Below, piece after piece: positions 1 to 12,615 of a stretch of 64,000 nucleotides of DNA. The notes below the pieces were generated by a model. It saw only the letters and a program-made list of their open reading frames with translations, was not told where the DNA came from and searched no databases. The number at the start of each line of letters is the position of its first letter. Position 1 is the stretch's first letter. Source of the stretch: Piedraia hortae CBS 480.64 (taxonomy: Eukaryota). The stretch is from NCBI GenBank assembly GCA_010093745.1, contig MU005976.1, forward strand, positions 186,001 to 250,000, written 5' to 3'. Both the position numbers and the translations under genes were made by a program.

Positions 1-689
1 GCTCATCAAAGCCAGAGAGGAAACGAACTAGATTCTACCTAGCAACTTTAGTACTTCCCGCATGGACTTATATTGGAGCTAGTTTCGGTGTTAAGAACTT
101 ATTATCAACCTATGCAGCCTGTCCGTACATCAGCCATCGGTCTCAAGTCAAGATAGAATATTGTAATTGAATGGTGTGCATGTCCTTTCGTCACGAGACA
201 TTCAAAGTACCGTACATAATAGCAAACAAAATCCTCATCAAGCTACCCCTTTGCAGACGCACCCGTCGACGCCTACCAACAGGTGTTTTTTTAACCCGAG
301 CCTGCAGACTTGAACGACAACAATACTAGCGTGATCAGCATAACAAGCTGCAGTTTCATGTTCTCGTGGCTGGTACTTGCATTGGAGAATTTTTGGGATA
401 ATCTTCGTCCAGGGACTTGCAGGTGTTATTTGAAATTCAGCCAGTAGAATTGAACGGCAACTATACCAGTATAGTCAGCGAATCGAGATGAATACTATAT
501 GTGAAGTTCGTGTTATTCTGGTTGGTTGCTGGCATGGAGGATTGTCTTGACAGCTTTGGAGAACTTCTAGACATCATAGTGGTAGGAACAAACATTCTAA
601 AATCTATCTGTGGCATAGGAGCATGTGCGGGTTGACAAACTAGACTCTTCTCGCGTTCGGCCGCTATTTGTCAATCACTACTGCAGAGA

Positions 690-3317
690 TGATGCATATT
701 CGAAAGGACAGAGTCCGGGACTGTAATGCGCTCGTTACTTGAAGTCAACAACCTGATGTCATTGGACTTGCAAAATCTTTCGCAAGGATCTTGGGTGGCC
801 GGGGCCTGGAAGAAGTTCTGAAGCAATGCCACGGATTCATTTGGGACATCGCGGCGCAAGAGGTGACGAACTCTGAAGGCACCGATCCTGCCATGACATT
901 GTAAAAAGGAACTGGTGCTGCAGCGAACGGGGCCATTGAGGTGCTCAAATTGGCGGTGTTGTTCTTCCTGCTAATCGAGCCCATGTGCTGTGCACATTGA
1001 ACGATGATGGGCTGCGTGGACCAGCATCGAGTACCACATGGAAACCGCTGGCGGATGCTTGTGAACTGGCAGAGTAATATTCACACGTAGCTCTGGATCT
1101 TTGAACGCTTCCAGCACAAGCCGCCCTGCCCGAACCATCTTGCCGTCCACGCATCACCAGCCTCCTTCTGCCATGTGTTGGATACCAGAAAGCAACGCCA
1201 TACTCGTGGCAACATGGCGCGAAACAGCGTGCGGTTGGTATACTCCACCTGCTTGCTCTCTGGTGTGCTTGTTTGCCCCTTCTTGGCTTTGCGCGGTTGC
1301 TCCGATAATCGGGCTAAACCGGTCCACCCACATAGGGAAATGGAACAGCAAGTGCAACTTGTTGTGCTGGATCGTTTTCAGGCCCAAGACGGCCTCCCAT
1401 GCTTGCAGAAATCTTTCGGCCAGTCTCATCGCGTCCTCTACCACGTCATCGTAGAGCATTTTGATCAATTCAGCTGCGGAGTACCAGACTTTCAGCAGAG
1501 AATTCACTTGCTCAACTCTTCCCTTCGTGGTATAGAAAGATGTCAGGACTGCCGGCCAGGTCTGAATCAAGCGATGCCAGTCATTTCCAGTGAAGGTGAC
1601 GCTCCATTTCGTCAAATGTTCGGCGCTGATATCACTATCCAGTCCGGCTTTGTTCGAAGCTTGAGAATGCAGCGCAAGCCCCGACATATCCTTGGCGACT
1701 AGAGGATGACTCTTAGTTAAGCTCCAGATGTATTTTACTGTGCCCATCAAGGGGCAGTGGAGCACCTCGTATGGGAAGTCGCGATGCGGGTCGAAGCCCT
1801 CAACGGGGTACAGATTCCCAAGTGGCTGCGTAATACCAAATGTTCTACCGCCTTGTCTTTTGATGTACACGACAGCTCTGTGTGTCCATACGTCCAGAAG
1901 CTGTTCGAGCCTGTCAATGCTTATGCGGTCATACAAGCACACCTGGCAGGAGTACTTGCTCCGGAATTGATGGGACCCATTATTCGACGCTGCTGGTACA
2001 TCGCCCACACCAATGTGTAAGCCACAGTGTACAACTCGACGACGCTATGTCGGGGTTCAAAGGCCATGATGCCCCGCTGCAGGCGCATGAGGTCCGGTAC
2101 AATGGTCGGAACCCTGCTGTTGGCTTTGATCTTTGGTCCAAGGGCTGCGAAATGATGTGCCGAGAGATGAAATCTCAACCGTTCGTTGAGGATCAGATAT
2201 AATGTTTACCTTGTGCGGCATTCCGGCGAATTTGAACAGCCACGCTATAATACCGACTTCCTCTCACGGTGATGGTGTCGTCGTTATAAAACACCAAGTT
2301 TCATTGAGTGATACCGCAATTGTGATCGAAGACCATTCGTTCGGGATGGGCTTTTCCCAGAAACCTTCGAAACCCCTCGTCCAAGTGCTCTCCATTGGCC
2401 GCTTTGATGGACCAAGCGTATCCGCACCAGGCTTGCACTGCATCGCATTGTACGACGCTACAGTACCGTCTGGCTTCAAGACCCTTCTTTCGAACTCCTC
2501 CGCAGTTTCGATGGTTTTATGAGTGATGCGCCTTGTTTCACACTTCCACCTGTACTTAGGGTCAGTATCATCTTCAATTGCAAGTTAAAAGAGGCCGTGA
2601 ATGCTGTGGATCATGCTCCAACTCCCCGCTGGTATTTCTGCACCACAAAACACTCTGACATCGCCGTCGACTCGCGGATCTCGGCCATTGCTCCGTACTT
2701 TGCTAAGGTGCAGACCAAACATGGGAAATCTAGGATGAACCTTGGCAAGCTTCGTACTTTCCGAAAGTTGCTGAGTACGAACGCCTCCAATCTTCGAGGC
2801 TGGCCACGTTCAGCTACACCTGTACTGAAATACAGAGGCTGTGGTCGTGTTGAAGCAGGTAGAGGCTGTGATCTCATGCCCGTGGCGCCGAGGACAATGT
2901 CATCAGAGTTAGAAGCGGCTTCCGAAAAAGTAGGCAATACATCTCCGGGTGATTCAGACAATGCTATGCGGGGCCCTTGTCGCCCTGTCCACAGCGGCCG
3001 TTCGTGCGATACTTGTGCCTGCCTGGGTTGCGTTTGGGGCCGTCTTCTGTTTATCGAGGCTACTCCCCTACGTTGCTGTCGTGCGACGGCTCTTCTGCAC
3101 ATTAATACTGTATTTCCTCATCAATATGACGATGACCCTTTACCTGAGCCTGGGATAGCCCCTGTCGACGGTGTGACATCTGCTTTCCTTTGCTGACTTG
3201 GCATTCCACGCTTGCGGTCTCGTTCCAACCATGATTCACTGCCATGCAAAAGTATATTTTGATTGTGGGCGATGTCGTCCCGTTGGTACTGTACGTTGAC
3301 GGAAATGTTGTCTCCAC
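690..3317 (-). mobile_element. Decayed DNA-transposon transposase relic, CACTA/Plavaka-related fungal family; best-preserved part is ORF 1154..2008
   Basis: Motifs GDVPAASNNGSH..KYSCQVC, GFDPHRDFPYEVLHCPLMGTVKYIW, FTGNDW..LIQ and NKLHLLFHF..WVDRFSP....QSQEGANKHTR...SRHVA...QHMAEGGW resemble the recalled consensus of this family (GDnP..s..sH..CR.C; DPh.dtPvEiLHt.llG.vKY.W; KlH.l.H....irrFGP...tE.fE.fN...R; SrDia...rH...GGyW). Stops and frameshifts flank the ORF. Ends and TIRs not found. Confidence 0.65.
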
Positions 3318-4423
3318 GCGAAATTGACAGCAGAAAATCCGGTCGAGAGGATGTCTCGAAACGAATTCCTCGTGATCACAACAGCTATGGTTGACGCCCT
3401 CACATGTCTTTGTCCCGTCCTAGTAACTTGAAGCCTTGCTCTACGCTCTGTTCTTTACCTTCGTTACTCTTCCATTTCGTCTGCTCGGCGAGGTTCCAAG
3501 GGGTTTGAGAGATCGAGAATAGTAGTAGTGGTTGGCGATTTACCATGTACAGTATATTTCGTGAGAATTAGAATATAACGTCAAGCGTCCTCTATGACAT
3601 TTCCAAAGACACACTGAACTGGCTTGATAGGATCGAGAGCCTTTCTTTGGTAGGTGCAGGTAGCTTGAAATGCTTGTGCTTGAGCACTAGGATTTTGACA
3701 ACGGCAGCAGATTGACTCCATGTGCGTCGCAAGTGAAATCGAGATGGTCCTTGAAGATCGAGGTCAGAGCGCTCCGGGGTTTCCAGGGTGCAGAACACTG
3801 ATGCTTCTTCTGATTTTCCATCGATCTCTGGAAGGATGCAACGCAAAAGTGCGCATTTTGGAACCATCGTGAAAGAGGACGACACAGAGATACCACATCT
3901 GAGTTATCCTCTTCTACGGATTCGACATGATAAGGAACCACAGTCGGTACCAGTAAGCGAGTATGAGGACTCATATACGCAGAAAAGCCTCCTGTTGATT
4001 GCTTCTATCGACTTCTCAGCGCGACTTCTCAGCGTCTGGCTCAGGCTTCTGATCAAGCTAAATCGATTTTCCAACCCGAATTATAGAGGGCAAATTCTGT
4101 ATGTCGTCGGCCAAGATGCTGTCTCACTGAGATGTTATCAGCGGTCGTGTTCATATAGGATACCCCCCCTTATCATAGGCGACTCGAGGCCTATTCCCGC
4201 CTTACAGCGAGCAAACATCCCTTTCATGCAAGCGGTAGGGCAGCTAGTCCCGTGCCTGGCCACCGCCACTTCGTGTTTTGGATATTCTTATTACCGCGTG
4301 GAGCGAGCGGGGCTCTAGAGGAGGACGGAGGGACTTTGACCTGTTGTAGTAAAGTGGATCACGTGAACCCATTGATTCACCAAGCGAACCTTTGAAGATT
4401 ATGTAATCACACAACCACCACCC

Positions 4424-4969
4424 ATGCCCTCTAACTCCCTCTCGCGCGGAGTATCCCTCCTCCGCGCCCCCTTCTGGGCCCTCACCTTGACCCTCCTCCT
4501 TACGACACATGGCGTAGACATAACGCTCATTCGCGGCACATCCATGGTCCCCACCCTCCCCTCGGGATCTCTAATCCTGTGGAATCGACACAAACCGACC
4601 CAAAACCTCGAACGCGGGGCATTAGTGGAATTCTACTCGCCTGCGGCACCCGAAACCTCGGCTGTGAAGCGAGTTGTGGCACTCGCTGGCGATGAAGTTA
4701 CGTTGGATTCCGGGAGGAGGCCAAAGAGGGTGCGTGATGGGGACGAAAATAGAAGGTGGGATGCTTTGGGGGGAAGGGTTAGGATCCCAGAGGGACATGT
4801 CTGGGTGGAAGGGGATAATAGATCTTTGTCGAGGGATAGTAATTGGTACGGACCGGTTTCGATGGGGATGATTAGAGGAAAGGCCGTCTGTTTACTCTGG
4901 CCTTGGAGGGAAATAGGGAGGACGCCTTGGGTGGGGTTCAAGTCGCAAACGGGGGTGACCATCAGGTAA
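4424..4969 (+). CDS. IMP2: Mitochondrial inner membrane peptidase subunit 2 (peptidase S26)
   Basis: Catalytic Ser in GTSMVPTL, Lys in AVKRVVALAGD, and IPEGHVWVEGDN..SRDSNWYGPV. Intronless, 181 aa. Confidence 0.85.
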   Translation: MPSNSLSRGVSLLRAPFWALTLTLLLTTHGVDITLIRGTSMVPTLPSGSLILWNRHKPTQNLERGALVEFYSPAAPETSAVKRVVALAGDEVTLDSGRRPKRVRDGDENRRWDALGGRVRIPEGHVWVEGDNRSLSRDSNWYGPVSMGMIRGKAVCLLWPWREIGRTPWVGFKSQTGVTIR

Positions 4970-5067
4970 TAAATCTGTCTGGAGGTTTAAGGAGTCCTGG
5001 TGAGATCCGATGGCCACGACTGTTTTTTTCCTACTGGAGCCTATCTATTGGTGAGACGAGGGACCGT

Positions 5068-5673
5068 TCACCACTTGAGTGTCGACACAAATGTCTTCAG
5101 AATGGCGACCTGCTCTTCCATGGCCTTCAAGTCCTTCTCCAGCTCCGCCTTGACCTTTAAATCATCGGAACCGAGCTTCTGGTAAAAATCCTTCCTATAC
5201 GGCGTGGCCGACATGGCGGCTGAAAATATGGGCTTAACGACAAACGAGTGATGCTGCTTCAGCGTGTTGCCGTACGCTTCACGGAATGAAGTGGACAGTT
5301 CCTCGGAAGGGTTGTTGAGGTTCCTGCGGAGCGCTTGCGAGGTGAAGTCCAGACCGCGAGTGAGCCAGAGGAGGCCTTCCGAGGCAGTATGTTTCTTCGT
5401 ATTTTTCAGCTCGTTTCGCGCGAGATCTTGCAGCGACTGTGACTCGGACGGAGCTTCATCGTAGCGGGTTCTGATCTTCTTGATGTTCCCTTCCATGTCA
5501 GTCTTGACCGGTTTGAAAGCGACGCCGCCGAGGACGTCGAAGAGTCCGGTCAGAGATTGGGCCGCTTCCAGGAACTCCAGCGTGGGAACGTATCCATCTT
5601 TCACAGACACGGCCGCAAATGAGCGCTTAACTGTGTCAAAGTACGTGGTGCCTGGCGGATAAGTCGAGGTCAT
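5068..5673 (-). CDS. het-c2: Glycolipid transfer protein (GLTP / HET-C2-like)
   Basis: FDVLG..AFKPVKTDMEGNIKKIR, ASEGLLWLTRGLDFT, AYGNTLKQHHSFVVKPIFSAAMSATPYRKDFY. Intronless, 201 aa. Confidence 0.93.
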   Translation of the reverse strand: MTSTYPPGTTYFDTVKRSFAAVSVKDGYVPTLEFLEAAQSLTGLFDVLGGVAFKPVKTDMEGNIKKIRTRYDEAPSESQSLQDLARNELKNTKKHTASEGLLWLTRGLDFTSQALRRNLNNPSEELSTSFREAYGNTLKQHHSFVVKPIFSAAMSATPYRKDFYQKLGSDDLKVKAELEKDLKAMEEQVAILKTFVSTLKW

Positions 5674-5958
5674 TTTGTATTGAAAAGTCCTGTCACCGCT
5701 GCATGTGGCATGCCCCGCCTGTACCCCTCATCCCTCTCATCCCTTGGCAGGTACCCTACAACCCTACTGCTGCCTCAGGCTATTAGCGACTTCACTTCAT
5801 GCTGCTAGTTCAGACGTCCTTGCAGTCATTTGAGGCCTTGTAACCAGCCTCTATCATCTATTTATGCATAATTCTCTCCCAGGAATGGCTTTTTATGCTT
5901 TGCTCACAAATCGCTATGACCAGGTTCAACATGCAAGTAAAATACAGACACGCTCCTC

Positions 5959-7555
5959 TTACTTCTCCTCTCCAGTGATCGCATCTCTGTCTTTTACATC
6001 GTCGGCTTTCTTCACTTTCTCTCTCTTCTTCTCGGCATGCCCCTTGCTGTCAGGTCTGTCCAAGCTGTCTTTGTCAGGCTTGTCTTTCCTGGTAGACTCG
6101 TCTTTACTGTCAGATTCGTCCTTCCTGTCAGACTCATCTTTTCCACCAGACCTGTCTCGGTCAGATTCGTCCTTCCTCTCACTTTCCCGCGCCCTGTAAA
6201 AAGGTAAGCATTCGGCCGTGGCAAACTAGCATGGAGAAAACCTACTTCTCCAACGCGGCTTTGTCCTGTTCCCACTGAGCCCTGCCATCAACATCAAACT
6301 GGCTTTTAATCTTCTCCAGTCGCTCTTTCTTAGCAAGCTCTTCCTCCTCTCTGGCCTTGCGCTCCTGCTCCATCTCCTCCATATGTCTGATATCGTCGAC
6401 CGACGGCTCGTATAGATGCCAGATGGTGTAGTGCGGCAGGCCAACTACGGAGAATCGCATGCGCTTTGCCATCTTGCCAAATCCCTCAGTCTCGGCGTGT
6501 TTCTCAAAACTGAAAGCTGGGAAATGGACGCCTGAGCGGAACACTTTGGCTTTGGCTAGGATGCTGACGCCGCCAACGCCGTCGATTTCCATCTCCATGT
6601 CCGGATCGCCGTAGGGATCGCGCAGGTAAGCCAGATGCGGCCGCCAAGTTGCATACTCGGCGTAGCCCTCGACAATGACAGCATCTTCGTCCAGCGTGTC
6701 GGCAAGCGCAAGCGCCGTATCGCTTTCCTGCCAGCTGTTGAGGTCGTATGGCTGCTCGCCGCCCAGCCAGTCTGGCAGCGGCCGCCACACATTTGGCACG
6801 ATGACGTCCTTGTTGTGTCGCATCAGGTCCTCGAGAATGGTAAATGGTGCTGTTTCCACGTCGACGTCACGCCAATATACCCATGAGTGTGTTGGTCGTA
6901 GCGCTGCAGATAGAAGCCAGTTGCGCGCCTGTGCCATGCTCTTGCGCCGAGACGCTTGAGCAGCGAAGCCGTGACGAGACTCGACGTCCTGGTCAACTTT
7001 CTGACCGAAATCCTTTTCCAGCACACTGATCTCGCCGAAGCGCTGCTTCGGATCCTTGGCCTGCTGCAGCTGTGCCAGCGACTCGCTCAGCAGCGACAGC
7101 GTGTCGTCTTTGCTATCGCCGACCAAGAACGCCAGGTCAATGAGGTTGTGAGGATATGTGAGGTTCCTTAGATGGCTGAAGAACATGGGCAAATGCGGCG
7201 CCGCGTCCCTCAGCGGCGCGCACAGCAAGATGCGCTCCTCGCGCTCCCACCCCCGTGCGGTTCCTCCCACTTGGCTAAGATCGTAATACCGCACCGTTTC
7301 AATTTGCCATTCTTCGCCACGCGAGAAGGAAAAGACGTCCATTCGAGGTCGCAGCGAGGGGAATAGCCACAGCAACACCAGTAGCGCCCCCAGCCCGGCT
7401 CCTATTCGCCCAAGAAGCCCTCGCCTGGCGTGCCGCGTACGCGGGTGGTATTTCTCGTAATCATATGTTCGTCCCCGTGACTCTATTAGCGTTGGACTCA
7501 ACGGGTAGGCGCCGCTGCCGGCGCTGGGATATCTGTTCATCGTGGAAGGGAGCAT
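5959..7555 (-). CDS. ANP1: Golgi mannan polymerase II subunit Anp1 (GT62); exons 7555-6246 and 6193-5959
   Basis: Type II TM segment, ILLCAPLRDA, YPHNLIDLAFLV, WVYWRDVDV (DxD), YDLNSWQES, HAETEGFGKMA. A 52-nt intron at 6194..6245 (GTAGG...GCTTAC...TACAG) joins an in-frame charged tail ending in TAA at 5959. Confidence 0.92.
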
Positions 7556-9147
7556 CGGGGCCTGTCCTGCCCCGGCTGTGGAGAAACCTTGATGCTTAGG
7601 GTTGCATACGACTATGTGCTGCTGCTACACAATCTGCTGAAAGTGCCGTCAGTGAATGACCTGTTTATGAGTGTGGTGCGTAATAGGGGAATCAGGTAAG
7701 CCGTTTTACGCACTTCCCTTCCGCCGGCGACACATCACATGGCCCAAAACGGGTCATGCAACCTGACGCAGCTAGAATCGCATATTCCACAACCCGTCCT
7801 CCCCTTTGTTCTCCCAGGAGGGAGATAAGGGTAGGGTATAGGGAAAACCGACTCGGCATTGGGGAATCGTGGAATGGATAGACTTGGTGTCATCCTGTCA
7901 TTGGGGTCTCTCCTTAGCAACATACCTGCTTCGTGTTAGCCAGCCTTGAACGGCATCAATGGAAAAACAGCGGTAAGCCTCATCAGACAAGATTGGTAAG
8001 ATGGTATAGAGTGTCCGCAATGTAGTTCGGTAGCAGAACTGAAGAGATACATTCATCATAAGAGGGAGGGAAAGGGAAAAACCTGAACCGTACCTTTTGA
8101 GAGGTTTCAATATCCCACACGGAGAAGGGACATTGCAGGATGCAGAGTACAATCCCTGGGTGCCTGATGCTCTGTATCCGCGCAAGTCAGTCATGGTTCG
8201 CGCTCGCGCAAACGACGGTTAGAGAGTGAATCAGATGGTGATGCATGTATGTCCCGCTCAGGAGTCGCTGAACATTTGTGTGGTTTCATCATATCAAGTC
8301 ATAGTGCTGGACATACCTCGAAGATTTGTGCGGGTAAGAGAATTTCGGTGCGGTGAATGGGGACTTGATGTGTGGCCATACGTTGACTAGTGTCCGCTAG
8401 CGCCCGCCGCTAACAACCTCAGCTCAACTCAAAGGCAGGAGCGTTTTCACTGCAGGCCTGAACTGAACGTCTTCTCAATGACGGCGACTCCGATTGCTGC
8501 TTCCAACCAGATTTGCCGTTCACCTTTTGAATGTGCCTGTTACTTTGCGCAGCGTGAAGTATCTTGTGACATACATCGACCATTGCAAAAGTGCTGTTTT
8601 CCAAGGCTCACTATCTACGAATGACTTTTTGCCGCTGCACGATGCATATAAACTACTCTGCCAGTGCACAGCCTGGTCACAGGTGGCTAGTGTCGTCGGT
8701 AATCGAATGTGCAGCCCCCTGCCAAATTTGGCTTCGTGACAGCCACCGATCAGCTTTTCATCTGGAAACTGAAACAACACCGCGGTAAGGAAAAAACTGA
8801 AACTCTAACTAATCTTGGGGATCGGTACCTTGCATAATAATTTTATGACTGTGGCGCAACAGACCAGGATGTAACAATGTTAGCCTATGGGCGTAATGCA
8901 TAAGACCGTGCGCTTGGAAACTACCCTTTTCAGTCCGACATTGAGATGGTAACACCAAGGGTCAACTAAAGGGTGATCTTAATACGTAGATCTTAACAAT
9001 TTATTGAAATTCTATCAAGCGAATCTCTCTTAAAGATAGTCCGAGCCGGCCGAACCAATTGGCCTGGTATACTGCAACCCGCTGAAACAATGATGAACCA
9101 AACCGTTGCCGTTCTAATTACAAATCATTCGTTCAGATCGTGCCACA

Positions 9148-10463
9148 TTATCTTTCTCGGTCCGGTCTTTGCAAGACATCGTGAATGCTGACGCGTCGCC
9201 GCTTGGGCGATCGTCTATCATCGCCTTCGTCGCCCGACTCGTCCAAAGGGCGCGGCTGAGGAGCTCTTATGGGGGGACCCAACACTCTAATCGGCGGCAA
9301 CTGGTATTCTGGTCGAGTGAACCCCGCCGGCGGATGGAGTGGTGTGTACGCTGTTGATGATGATGATGGTGATGATGATGATGCTATTAGAGGGCCGGCG
9401 GGGAGCAGTCGCCAGGGAGGCATTGCATATGGCGATGACAATGGATGGGGTGAACCTGCAGCTGGTGACGACGGGGTCGCTGACGATATTTGTGCCATTG
9501 ACGGCTGCATCATGGAACGCCCTGCAAGACTTGACTGGAAAGTTGGCAATGTGACAAGGACAAAATAAGATGAGGCCTTGGCCAGCCGGACCCGGACGGT
9601 AAGCGTATATGCTGATGACCTATGTGGTCCAAATATCCATTGAAATGTGTGATTATCAAACCCTTCAGTATATCGCTCGGCCTCGAGGGGTGATATATCT
9701 CCAAACGGGTCCTGCCCTTGAGGGAGTATGGGAGGCAAAAAGGCTGGCTCTCTGGCTTCTCGTTCAGTCCGCAGGCGATTGCGGAGGTTCTGGAAGCTCT
9801 CAGGGTCTGCCGGTGTGGCAAATGCAGAAATGTGCAAACCTCTCACGTCCTTAAATGCCGCCTCGTTGAAGGCACTATTACACTTGATAACGATGAGGTC
9901 AAGGTCAAGTAGCGCTGCGGCTGTTTCAGACCCAATGGCAACCACTTCGCGACTGGACCCTTCTACGGACCTGGTTGATCGTGTCCGCGTCGGTGTCAGT
10001 GGCGGCACTGGACCCCGACGAACAGAAGAAGAAGATGACGCTTGAGGATCTCCTTCGGGGTGAAGCCGTGGTCTCCCACGCTTTTTGTGTTGAACATCAA
10101 CGCACGTGTCCTGCGAGATTACTTGTCAGTCTAAGAGGATCATAGACAACAGGCATAATGGAGCCATACCTGCTTCGCAGACGCCACGCAGCGAGTGCAG
10201 GGCCGTTGCACGTCGCAAGACAGATGGGCATGCTTGCAGTTGACGCAAGCTGAGACTACGTGCGTCTTTGATCTACGACCGCGAGGCAGGGAAGCCCTTA
10301 GTGGAAGGGAATCTGGTGCAGTGACGCGTGGGGTGGATGCAGGCGGCGCAGTTGACAAGGACGGGGCTGATAGGGCTGACGTGGCAGCCGACGACGCAGC
10401 GGTGACTGTGGGCGGCGGAAGCTGGGCCGTGGAGGTCGTGTGAGGTGAGGAAGGGGCCGACAT
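9148..10463 (-). CDS. Zn(II)2Cys6 fungal transcription factor with a PAS-like central region; exons 10463-10170 and 10110-9148
   Basis: ACVNCKHAHLSCDVQRPCTRC...|DTCVDVQHKKRGRPRL is restored by a 59-nt intron at 10111..10169 (GTATGG...CTGAC...GCAG), in frame with ORF 9148..10008. Confidence 0.88.
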
Positions 10464-11721
10464 GGGCAGCCACGGTTCAGGGTCGGTTCAGGGCCGCGGC
10501 CTCAGGGGCATCGATAGACGAGTATCCGATCCAGATCATTGCCTTGAAATGAAAATTGGCCGTTTCGAGGGTGCATCGAAAGCCCCCGTATCAGCGTTGG
10601 GCCACAAGGGGATAGGCGATCAGAAGGAACGAATTGAAAACGACGGCCTTCGAGGCCAGTGACAGGATGAGAAGGGTAGAAGAGGAAAGAACAAGCCTTG
10701 CATATCCCCACAAAAGCGGTTACCGGGCAGCAATAAGATTTATTTTGCCTTTGCCACCGAACGGGGTGTTGACGTCGCCCTGGCAGGCGCATTAGGGCCA
10801 TGGACTGACAGGAGAGCCAGTGGCGGCCTGTCCAAAAACTAGTTGGATTACCAAAGATGGTTTTCCGGCCGAGGAATGCAAACCAGGGCCCTTTTTCGCA
10901 TCTTGCCCTTGATCCTCGTCGGAATCATTTTTCATGCTGGACGGAATATTTTCAGCCGCCTTCGTAAACGTTATTCATGCTGCACCAGCCACACATCGAC
11001 TCCGCCCTCTCTGTTCTAAAAGAGGAAAGGGACCGACAAGCCTGGGGGCCTTCCCCGCCACCCGCGCCCGAATCCCGGAAGCGCATCAACGTCTATTTGT
11101 GGCGCAGCCCCTGAGAAACTGCAGACAATCAGCCAAGCTTTGGGGCTAAATGGCCGGCAAACGCTTGGGCCAGCTTGAATCTGCGCGGGAACTAGCTACA
11201 CCAGGCATCGCGCAGCACCGCCACATGTAGCCACCGCCACAATCAAGTCCGCCAGCAGCTCGACTTTACTTCCGCTCGGCAATTGGCTGTACCCGCGCAT
11301 CATACGAGTGGCTCAGCTGGCTCGGGCGGGCACCAACCGTCGAACTAGGGCTGGGGACCTGTCGCGTTGTCTGCATGTTTGCGGAGTTTCCCCATCATGT
11401 CTGGCAGGGCGTCTTCTGCGCGGCCCGATAGTATGTTCAGCGGGTCCTGTACCTTTGCGATGCGTCTGCACATGGTGATTGGTTATACTTTGGAATGAAG
11501 TGTTGTCAGTTTTTTTTTTTTTGGACGAGATCCTTTTTGATCGGCAAAGTTTCGCGGCCATTCGGAACGATTTCCCACGTGTACCAACACGCGTCAGCTG
11601 TAGGGCTGCGGATCGGCCCGCCCCCATCTCATCTTGCCGAATATCATGCCACAGCACACTCAATTATCAACCCATGTTCTATTCGCGAGCATGTGGCACA
11701 GTCCAGCCAGTAACCGAGAAA

Positions 11722-12500
11722 ATGCGCCCAGAGACAACGTTGCAGGAGCTTTGTGTGCAGATGCACCACAGGGTTTCCGAGTTCCTAACAAGAGAGCAAA
11801 ATCAAAATTTACAAAAAACCCAACGTCAAGTGCGCGTCAGTCTGAAAATTTTAGAAGAAGCTATAAGCAAATACGGGTATGTTCCATCGTTACCAGGGAA
11901 CCCACAAAAGAGCCTCCAAACTTATTACTTGTATAACTCAGTTTAGACGGCCTCTCGTTATCCTACAACGGGGGCAAAGATTGTCTCGTTTTGCTCATTC
12001 TCTACCTGAGCGCATTGCACAATCACTTTCCTGCCCGGCTGCGGGCGGTACACATTCGGACATTGCACCCTTTCACCGAAGTCGATGAATTTGTAGCTGA
12101 GAGCCAGCGCACATATTGCCTGCAGTTGGTGCACTACCAAGGCCGGCCTATGCGCGAGGCTTTCGCTGATTATCTGCACGCCCACCCCGAGATACGCGCC
12201 GTGCTGGTGGGTACTAGAAGAGCGGATCCCCACGGATCGCAACTTAAGTATTTCCATCGCACTGACCGCGGCTGGCCTGATTTTGTTCGCATACATCCCG
12301 TTATCGATTGGCATTACGCTGATGTTTGGAACTTTATCAGGGAATTAGACGTTCCCTATTGCTCACTCTACGATAGAGGCTACACAAGCCTGGGAGGAAC
12401 CGAGGATACGAGGCCCAACCCGGTTCTAAAACGGGATTGGGGCTATGCTCCCGCGCATGAGCTTGAAGACGATGACATGGAGAGGCTCGGCAGGGATTGA
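11722..12500 (+). CDS. FAD1: FAD synthetase (PAPS-reductase-like FMN adenylyltransferase); exons 11722-11876 and 11942-12500
   Basis: A 65-nt intron at 11877..11941 gives LSLSYNGGKDCLVLL. Also VGTRRADPHG, TDRGWPDFVRIHPVIDWHY, YCSLYDRGYTSLGG and ERLGR. The start ATG is uncertain. Confidence 0.9.
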
Positions 12501-12615
12501 GCGCTGTAAAAAGGACGACTCGTGTCTCATCACCACAATGTGCAAATAAAACCCACTGTTATATGATAATTATAGATATTCTACAGGATACCACCACAGA
12601 AAGAACCGTACAAGT

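Noticed and set aside
1..31. Possible 3' end of an upstream gene (LIKAREETN*)
   Set aside because: Too short to support.
3788..4318. 176-aa + strand ORF
   Set aside because: No recognisable motif; probably decayed orphan sequence.
8520..8780. LP..TSHL-like string suggesting a Pogo/Fot1 DDE fragment
   Set aside because: Needs frameshifts and has no supporting flanking motifs.
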